This document shows positions 54,531 through 64,000 of a DNA stretch of 64,000 nucleotides, one piece after another. Under the pieces are notes generated by a model. It was not told the origin of the DNA. It saw nothing but the letters and a program-made list of their open reading frames with translations, and searched no databases. Location: contig OX597835.1 of the NCBI GenBank assembly GCA_951406725.2, positions 27,714,001 through 27,778,000 on the forward strand. The letters are read 5' to 3'. Position 1 is the stretch's first letter. Each line of letters begins with the position of its first letter. This DNA comes from Octopus vulgaris. Its lineage: Eukaryota. The position numbers and the translations under genes are program-made.

Positions 54531-55217
54531 CTTTCGAGTTGAAGAAGAAAGGAAAAAAAAGAGAAAGGAAAAAATTCAATATACATTAATTACATATCAC
54601 CTGTAATAAAATTAATTTAAAAACAAAACTGTCTTCGGTTGTACAAGTTTTCGAGTTTTCGTTTTAAATAAGTTTTCGAAATAAAATTCCAGAAACTTCA
54701 AACATTCTTTTGTTATTTTTGTTTTCTTTTTTTGTCTCTTGATCGTGCAGTTATGTCACGAAACATAGACTTTAATTAAGATACGTGTGCGTAATATATA
54801 TATATATAAATGTATGTGTATATGTATTTTGGTACATAAAATGTATGCACATGCATGTATACACACATGTATATATTATATACATATTTATATATATATA
54901 CATGTGTACATTTTATACATATGTATGCATATATGTGTGTGTGTGTGTGCATATGTGTATGCATGTGTGTATATGTATGTATTAATGTGTGTGTGTGTAC
55001 AAAGAAAGACAGATTTCAATTAGAAACATTAAAAAATATTATATATTACTACTATAGATAATATCATGATACAGACACAATTTGTGTGTGTGTGTGTGTG
55101 TTCTTTATTTTTTAAATCAATAAAATTTAGGAATCACATTTGAAGATTTTGATAAACATGGTTTCTTTAATAATAGAACTCAATATGTCCTATGAGGTAA
55201 TGTTATACATTTCGCCT

Positions 55218-55261
<44 letters not shown>

Positions 55262-56699
55262 GCGTGCATATATATGTATATATATATATATGCATTTAAA
55301 AAGTAAAAATAAAAAGTTTTTAAATATGGTAAAAACTAAAAGTAAAAAAAAACCTCAAATATTCCTGTGAAAATATGATATAATCATTAACCATTGATTT
55401 CTGGTTAAAAAAAAAAAAAAAAAGAATGGCAATTAGCCAAAATAGTCTGAATTTAAAACAAAATTAAATATGATTTTTAAAAATTATTGCATGCTTGCTT
55501 GTACTAAGAATCAGTTGGATGTCTTTGAAAGTTCAGACATTTACATAAATTCCTGTAGCCAAGTGATTTAGTCAGTCGAATGTTGTTCTTAACAACCAAA
55601 ACACTCGTCATGAAAGATGTTAATTTTAAGAAAGTTGACCCCCACCACACAGTAAACAAAATGTTGACAGTAAAAGACTTAAGAATTTTACATCATCATC
55701 ATCATCATCATTTAACGTCTGTTTTCCATGCTTGTACAGGTTGGACAGTTTGACTGAGGTCTGGAGAGTCAACAGCAGCACCAAGCTCCAATTTGATCTG
55801 GCAATGTTTCTACAGCTGGATGCCCATTCTAATGCCAACCACTCCAACAGTGTAGTGGCTGTTTTTTACATGCTACCAGCACAGGAGCCAGTCAGGCGGG
55901 CCTGGCATTGATCACATTCAGATAGTGCTTTTTATGTGCCACTGGCATGGGGACCAGTCAGGGGGTACTGGCATTGCTCATGTTTGGAAAGTGCTTTTTA
56001 CGTGCCACTGGCATGGGGGTCAGTCAGGGAGTATTGGCATTGGCCACATTTGGATGGTGCTTTCTATATGCCACTGGCATGAGATTAGGTCAGTGGGTAC
56101 TGGTATTGGCCACATTTGGATGGTGCCTTTTATATGCCTCTGGCACAGGAGCCAGTCAACCAGAACTGGCATCAACCATGCTCAGATGGCGCTTTTTATG
56201 TGCCAGTGAATGCAATTATCTATCTACATGTGTATGTATGTGTGTGTATGTGTGTGTGTGAGTGTGTGTGTGTGTGTGTGTGTATGTGTGTGTGTGCGCA
56301 GGTGTTTGTTAAACTAGTACATTTTCTTTTACTTGTTTCAGTCATTTGACTGCAGCCATGCTGGAGCACTGCCTTTAGTCAAGCAAATCAACCCTAGCAC
56401 TTATTCTTTGTAAGCCTAGTACATATTCCATTTGTCTCTTTTGCAAAACTGCTTAGTTACAGGGATGTAAACACACTAGCATCGGTTGTCAAGTGATGTT
56501 GGGGTGCTACAAACACAGACACACAAACATATACACATATACTGAGGGCAGCAGACCAAATCTATGGTTGGAGCAAAGCCTCTGCCAGACCAAGGGTGAT
56601 GTGGTAGTGAAACAGTGACACTGACAGGGCTATAATAGAGAAGAGACGGGCTAGAAAGAGTGGGAACGAGGAGGTAGTAGGAAAGAGTCATATCAGAAG

Positions 56700-58200
56700 G
56701 CAAAAAAGAAGGCTAGATATCAGTCTTATCTAGCTGGGATAAAAAGCGAAAAAGAAGAGGTTTGCCAATGTCCTACAACATGAAGATCAGAGACTTGAAG
56801 TGTTCCAGACTGCTAGATAGTTCGTCACTGAGAACCAAGATATTGCAGGAGAGAAATGTGTGTGGATGGATAATAGGATGCTTACACTTAGTGATGTGGA
56901 CAAGAAAGAGACCAGGAAAAATTACTATGTGAGACTGTTGAGTGTAGAGAATGAATGGGATAAAGGGAGTCTCCCCCATGTGAACCCAACAGAAGAACTG
57001 GCTATCCTAGTGGATAGCAGTAAGGTAGATAAGACAATTAAAAACACGAAAAGCAGGAAAGCCCCTGGGCCATCCAGAATCACAGCTGAGATGCTCAGAA
57101 TATCCAGTAAGGTAGGATACAAGTGAGTCACCTGCATAATTAATCATTAATCACGTCATTCAGGAAGGTGTAATACCCAGTGACTGGCACAGGAGCATAA
57201 TTGTTAGCTGCTACAAAGGTAAGGGCAATGCTTTAGAGAGAAACAGTTATAGAGGCATCAAACTCCTGGACCAGGTGATGAAAATTATGGAGAGCGTTAT
57301 AGCCCAATTAATTAGGAGGAGAATTAGGCTAAACAAAATGCAGTTCAGCTTCATCTGGGGAAGAAGCACTACTAATGCTATTTTCATAGTCAGACAACTG
57401 CAAGAGAAGTACTTAGCTAAGTATAAACCATTATATTTGGCATTTGTTAATCTAGAGCAGTGGTTACCAAAGTGGGCACTATTGCACCCCTTGGGGTGGT
57501 GGAAAGTTCCAAGGGGGCGTTGATAATGGGGTGGTGATTATAATGGGGACAATAATGGGATGGTGATTCATGTAAAAACAACAAAATAATGGGTTCATTA
57601 AGTTATATTTGTGAAATACTGATGCTTTGAATTTGCTTCAGAAGTGGGGGTGCTTGAATGTGGTCTGGATGTCAAGGGGTGGCAACCCGAAAACGTTTGG
57701 AAACCACTGATCTAGAGGAAGCCTTCAATAGAGTGCCCTACCATGTGGTATGGCGGGCTTTGAGGAGGCGAGGGATAGACAAGTGGCTGGTGAAAGTTGT
57801 ACAGGCTCTGTACAAAGATGCTGTCAGTAAGGTGAGAGTTATCCACAAGTACAGTGAAGAATTTAATATACAGGTAGGGGTTCATCAAGGCTCAGTCCTT
57901 AGTCCCTTCCTTTTTATCATTATCCTGCAGGCCATAACAGAGGAATTCAAGACAGGTAGCCCCTGGGAACTACTATATGCTGATGATTGTGCCTTCATAG
58001 CAGATTCCATATCAGAGCTAAAAGAGAAATTTTAGGCGAGGAAGCAAAACCTGAAATCTAAGGGCCTTAAGGTTAACTAAGCAAAGATTCTGGTCCTAAT
58101 ATGCAAGAAAACAGACAGGATCCTACCCCAGTCAGGTAGGTGACCCTATTTGATTTGTTGGAAAGGTGTGAGCAGGAATTCTATAAGGTGTACCCAATAC
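56700..58200 (+). pseudogene. decayed RTE-clade LINE reverse transcriptase
   Basis: KAPGPSRITAEML, GRSTTNAIFIVRQLQEKY, LAFVNLE/EAFNRVP, GVHQGSVLSP and LLYADD motifs, with stops and frameshifts. Confidence 0.9.
57458..57709. mobile_element. hAT (Charlie-like) MITE inserted in the RTE ORF
   Basis: TIRs CAGTGGTTACCAAA / TTTGGAAACCACTG. 8-bp TSD ATCTAGAG at 57450-57457 and 57710-57717, matching the NTCTAGAN target. Confidence 0.9.
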
Positions 58201-58648
58201 TCACATGTGTGTGTATGTGCATTCTTTTATTCTCTTACTTATCTCAATCATTGGACTGTGGCCATGCAGGAGCACAACCTTGAATGATTTTAGTCAAATT
58301 AATTGACCACAGTACCTATTTATTTTTTAAACCTAATACTTATTCTATTAGTACCTTTTGGTGAACTGCTAGGTTACAGGGACATAAACCAACTCCAGCT
58401 GTCAAGTGGTAGCAGGGATAAACACAAACACATACACATTTATATGACAGCCTTCTTTCAGTTTCCATCTACCAAATCCCCTAACAAGGCTTTGGTCATC
58501 CTAGAAGACACTTGCCCAAAGTGCCAAAAACTTCTTATCACATAGCCATGCCTGCACAAAGGATGTAAACATCAGTGAGGAAAGCCAATAAAATGGTGTT
58601 GCTGTGATATTGATTCTGCACCAGGTTACAAACACTCCCTTGTCATAC

Positions 58649-58654
58649 TTAGTG
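58649..58654 (-). CDS. candidate 6-nt micro-exon CACTAA
   Basis: ttgactgca + T-run + ag|CACTAA|gtatga. Frame-neutral in phase 1. Could be chance. Confidence 0.3.
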   Translation of the reverse strand, partial: H

Positions 58655-59108
58655 CTAAAAAAAAAAAATGCAGTCAACTGGTTTCAACTAATGTTCACCA
58701 TTTGTGATCTAAAAGAACCAAATCAGTAAACTGCTAATTGTAACAGTATATGCCTCGTTACTAATGTGTCTCTGCATATACAGTTCTTACTCAGTTTTCT
58801 TCCTTTTTACTTTTATTTTATTTTTCACAGTTTCACAAAAAAAACCCAAAAAAACAGAAGTATCAAAAAAATCTCTAGAATTCATTAGCAAAATTTTGAC
58901 CTTAATTACACTTTCTAAATTAATTAAGGACAAGTAAAAAGCCAAAATACATAAAGCTCACATCTATTAGGTGTATCGCATTACTCCTAAATAAAGTAAC
59001 AATAAATAGAAAGAAATTAATGGTTATAATATCAATTAGCAATAGCAATTAGTAATATCAGTAATATAACAATCCTTAACAGCACATAACACTTAAATAT
59101 TGCAATAA

Positions 59109-59153
<45 letters not shown>

Positions 59154-59733
59154 TACACATATATATATTAGAAGAAAGACCATAAAAAAAGTAATGTAAT
59201 TCTCAAAATGTTATTTTGTTTTTATGCAAGAATTTACCAATAGGGAATATTAAGTTGAGACTTACACTTTCATTTACCTAATTATTTTAATTGAAAAGCA
59301 ATAAAAACTAACATGGATGGATGGATGGACGGACGGACAGACAGACAGACGAAATAGTCAAATCAAATCCGATTTCTGGAGCATTCATATCCACCAGTCT
59401 TTCCTAGCCCATTACATAAATGGTTTGCCTTTGCCAACATAAAGTGAACCCACTTTTTATGTATCTTTAGATGGACTAGTCCATTTTTAGCCATTTGGTA
59501 TTTGGATCTACATGTCTGCTGTAATGCTTTTATTATTCACATTGTTTTTGAATTAATTGTGTGTTATCTCTTAGCTTCAAGATTTCAATGATATGATTGG
59601 TTATTTTTAGAATGACAATGTAGGATGGGTGTAAGAGGCTGGATCAGACCAGTTTAAACATAAAACAGGCAAAGTACTTGAGATGGATAGGGCCAGTTTA
59701 AATGCAAAAGGGTGGAAGAATTACATTGTCATA

Positions 59734-59892
59734 GCCACTGACATGACACAGTGTTGTAACCAAGATATGTGCCACTGACATGACACAGTGTTGTAACCAA
59801 GATATGTGCCACTGACATGACACAGTGTTGTAACTAAGATATGTGCCACTGAAATGACTCAGTGTTGTAACCAAGATATTTGCCGCTGACAT
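59734..59892. repeat. 37-bp tandem repeat, ~4.3 copies
   Basis: GCCACTGACATGACACAGTGTTGTAACCAAGATATGT starting at 59734, 59771, 59808, 59845 and 59882. Confidence 0.95.
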
Positions 59893-61224
59893 CTTAGTTG
59901 GATGTCCTCAACTGTATCCATTATGTCAGCAGCCATCAAGCTTATTTTGGCATGGAAACCCATTTTACCATTTTCCAAAAAACTGGTTTCAAATTTTGGC
60001 ACCAGGACAACAATTTCAGGGGAAGGAATAAGTCAATTACACTGACTCCAGTATGCAACTGGTACTTATTTTACCGACCCCAAAAGGATGAAATGCAAAG
60101 TAAACTTTGATGGAATTTGAACTCAGGGTTAAACGCTGCTAAGCATTTCACCTTGTGGGCTAACGATTCTGCAAGCTTACCACCTGAATATAACAAATTT
60201 ATAATTATTAATGTCAATGCTCAAACACACCCAACTATATGAATTTTTTTTAAATGAGACAAAAAAAAAAGCATGACTTTCTCAAAATATTTTTCATTTT
60301 GTGCTAAAATTTGCAGATATGGGATTTTTATTGTTTAAATTAAAAACAAAAATAAAAAAAAACTAAGTTCGTTTACCCTTTGATCTTGCTAATTATTTTA
60401 ATTGCAAAGAGGTTAAGAGCCAATATAAAAATACAATAAAATGCTTTTTGTTGTTACTGTTGTTGTTTTTGGTTCCAGTTTAGTCATGATCAAACAGACC
60501 AAGCAGAAAATACATTCCATTTATGACCATCCTGACATATCATATTTTCAGGCAAAGTGTAACTTGAACTACATTGCCAAAAATCTCTTTTCTCTTTTGA
60601 AGATGGTAAGGCATCATTTAAAGGAGATTTAGCTGCTATTTCTTGCAGGTTGAATGACCAACCATACAGAGGTTCCCTGAGTGGCAATAAGATGCAGTCA
60701 TATTTTGATTTAATCAAATATTATAACATTCAATATTAACTGAACATTCATCATCATCATCATTTTAACATCCACTTTTCCATGCTGGCATGGGTTGGAC
60801 AGAATTTGCTAAGGTGGTTTTTTTCTATGGCCAACTGTTTTCCATGGAAAATTGGAAACGTAGAACAGAGCTTACATGAGGGTGACACTCATGTACAGCA
60901 ACTGTCACATGATATCAGGCCAAAGAGATAGTAATATACACACATAGCCATTTGTATACATCATCATCATTTAATGTACATTATCCATGCTGGCATGGGC
61001 TGGACGGTTTGACCGGAGCTGGTAAGCTGAGGGGCTGCACCAGACTCCAGTCTGATTTGGCATGGTTTCTACAGCTGGATGTACTTCCTAATGCCAACCA
61101 TTCTAAGAGTGCAATGGCTGCTTGTGTGTGCCACTGGCATGGGTGTCACTTGTGTGACACCAGTTTTTCCATGTTTTAGTCATTTGACTGTGACCCTGCT
61201 GGAGCACTGTACAGTGAAATTTCT

Positions 61225-61292
<68 letters not shown>

Positions 61293-61680
61293 TATACACA
61301 GTGACTGGCTATGGAGGTCCAGTAGAATAAAATAGGAACAAAAGGAGTTCGTAGACAAAACATCATTGAGACCGACTACTTTGGACTACGTTGATAAAAC
61401 TACTTGCCAAGGAAGCTGCACATTAGAACCAAATGCATAACCATGCAACCATGCACGAATGCTTCTTGTGTTGACATTTAAACTATGCAAAATTTTATAG
61501 TTTTACAAACAGTGTTGTTATGTGAGGAGAGAGCTCCGACTGAATACACAAACTATCAAATGGTTTGACTGGAAGTGTTGATATACTTTCAGAGCTAACA
61601 TATAAACAATCTACTGAATAAATATCGAATGTAGCAAGTTTACACAAGTAGTAGGATAAATATCTTTCTTTTTTTACATA

Positions 61681-61728
<48 letters not shown>

Positions 61729-61803
61729 CATACATATATATAACTTTACACATATATATATATATACACTTACATACACACATAGATGTACATAGATATA
61801 CAT

Positions 61804-61850
<47 letters not shown>

Positions 61851-61964
61851 TACATACCAATGTATGCTAGTACATCCCTATATGTATGTGTATATAGATA
61901 TATATATACACACACACACACGTATATACCAATGTCTGCTAAAGCATCCCTATGTGTGTGTGTA

Positions 61965-62002
<38 letters not shown>

Positions 62003-62584
62003 TATATGTATATATATGTATATATATATATATATGTATATATATATACATATGCATATATATGTATATATATATATATACATATCCACACAGACACACA
62101 TATATATAAACACATACATACCAATGTATGCTAATACATTGATATATATATATATATATATGCATACATACACTCACACACACATACACACACACACACA
62201 CACACATGCATATATATGCACATTAAAGAGCTGCACACGAACATGAAAGTGTAAACTGTTAAAACCTGTTAAAAGGTATTGAGACAGATCTGGCAAAAAT
62301 ATGTAAGTTATGGTTTCTATGAAAGCCTTCAACGGCAACATTGGTCACTCGCATATCAAAAGAATATGTTGAAGCTGTATTCATTAGCTTCTCACATCAC
62401 AGCTCAGCAATCGTCAGGAGTTCTTTGACTGTCAAAAAAATATATTGTTCTGACTTCAATGTCATATACTTTGCCACGTCATTGCTACATTGTGCTTTTT
62501 TCCAGATATGAGTCACAGCTCAAATTCTCCGTACTGTTGACAGTTAACACTTCATTCTGAATTTTCATCTGGCAAATTAGGGCT

Positions 62585-62795
62585 TACTCTTTACTCTTTT
62601 CCTTGTTTCAGTCATTTGACTGCGGCCATGCTGGAGCACCACCTTTAGTCGAACAAATCGACCCCGGGACTTATTCTTCTGTAAGCCCAGTACTTATTCT
62701 ATCGGTCTCTTTTGCCGAACCGCTAAATGACGGCGACGTAAACACACCGGCATCGGTTGTCAAGCAATGCTAGGGGGACAAACACAGACACACAT

Positions 62796-62832
<37 letters not shown>

Positions 62833-62998
62833 TACGACAGGCTTCTTTCAGTTTCCGTCTACCAAATGCACTCACAAGGCTTTGGTCGGCCCAAGGCTAT
62901 AGTAGAAGACACTTGCGCAAGATGCCACGCAGTGGGACTGAACCCGGAACCATGTGGTTGGTAAGCAAGCTACTTACCACACAGCCACTCCTGCGCCT
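62585..62998 (-). mobile_element. full-length tRNA-derived SINE, family D, with internal microsatellite
   Basis: Minus-strand head GGAGTGGCTGTGTGGTAAG...GGGTTCAGTCCC. Decayed homologs at 3170-3330, 32228-32580, 50125-50270 and 58225-58555. Confidence 0.75.
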
Positions 62999-64000
62999 GT
63001 TTTGTTTTGTTTTGTTTTTTTTTTCTTTTTCTTTGTTAAAGACAAAATTCTCAATAAATGAACTTGGTCTTTCTCTAATCTCTTCTACATGGTTAAGTGG
63101 CTTTCATTGCTTTGCTGTCCTTTTAATTGCTTGCTGGGGCATGGACCTTGTAAACAAATCGACCCCAGGAAATATTTTTTCAAGTTTGGTACTTATTCAA
63201 ACGATCTCTTTTGCTAAATTGCTCCTGGTTGTGAAGTGGTGGAGGAACCCCACCCACAAACACACACACAAAACAGGATTCTTTCAGTTTTCATCAAACA
63301 AATCCGCTCAACTTGGGGCTATAGTTGAAGCCACTTGCCAAAGGCAGCAGGTAGTGGGGCTGAACCCAGAACCAAGTGGTCGGAAAGCAAACTTCTTACA
63401 AAATAGCTATGCCTGCACCTATAAACTTCTGTAAAGTTTATTTCAAAGAATCTAAGAATAATCTTGGTACCAAGCATACTGCTGACAGTCTGTGATGTTT
63501 ACATACATACATACAAGATGGACTCTCCTCTCAAAGACAATGACCAAGTGTTCAGCTTCTTGCTGAATGACCAGCACAAATGACTTGTTTATAATGACCA
63601 AATGTATATGCTGTACATTAGTTCACTCCTTCCATCAAATCAGCATTACCTGAACAGGTGCATGGTGTACCGCGGGTCAGGTATCAAAATGATCACAGAG
63701 CAATGTGAGATGAAGTGTTTTTCTCAAGAACACAACACACCACCTGGTCTTGCAATTGAAATCATGATCTCACAATAGTAACTGCAACACTCTAACCATT
63801 AAGTCATGAACCCTCACAAATAACATATATACATACATGCATACATACATACATACTTGCTGAGTTTCTTGATCAGTGTCCAAGTCTCAGACCCATACAA
63901 CACCACAGACTCCACTGCAGCAGTGAAGAGAGAGATCTTCAGGTTTTTACAAAGGTCTGACTTCCATACAGATCTCAAACTGTGGCATGGCATCCAGGCT

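Noticed and set aside
59734-59892. 37-bp repeats with internal palindrome (CACTG...CAGTG), CRISPR-like in length
   Set aside because: Units are head-to-tail with no unique spacers, there are no cas genes, and the context is eukaryotic.
62757-63434. 225-aa ORF
   Set aside because: It runs antisense through two SINE copies and a microsatellite.

Overview
AT-rich, microsatellite- and retroposon-dense animal DNA. The tRNA-derived SINE families and RTE/Dong-type LINE relics resemble an octopod cephalopod genome (inference). Almost all listed ORFs are microsatellite or repeat artefacts. Reading splice signals on the minus strand reveals the 3' part of one large, unidentified intron-rich gene. It has a family of related phase-1 micro-exons spread over ~24 kb: 12 nt ADWE at 54519-54530, 15 nt ARNWE at 44839-44853, 15 nt ARNWE at 34810-34824 and 9 nt GYE at 30937-30945. 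These are followed by frame-compatible exons at 22104-22183 and 17291-17336, and more tentatively 10294-10407 and 5085-5134. The duplicated micro-exon cassette is the main find; each member can build a W/Y-E-D-L motif across the junction with the next exon. The introns hold a decayed RTE reverse transcriptase split by a hAT MITE, Dong/R4-like fragments inside (TAA)n tracts, a Penelope-like inverted repeat with hammerhead relics, several MITEs, minisatellites and a complex local duplication. No gene name could be assigned, and all exon calls lack transcript support.
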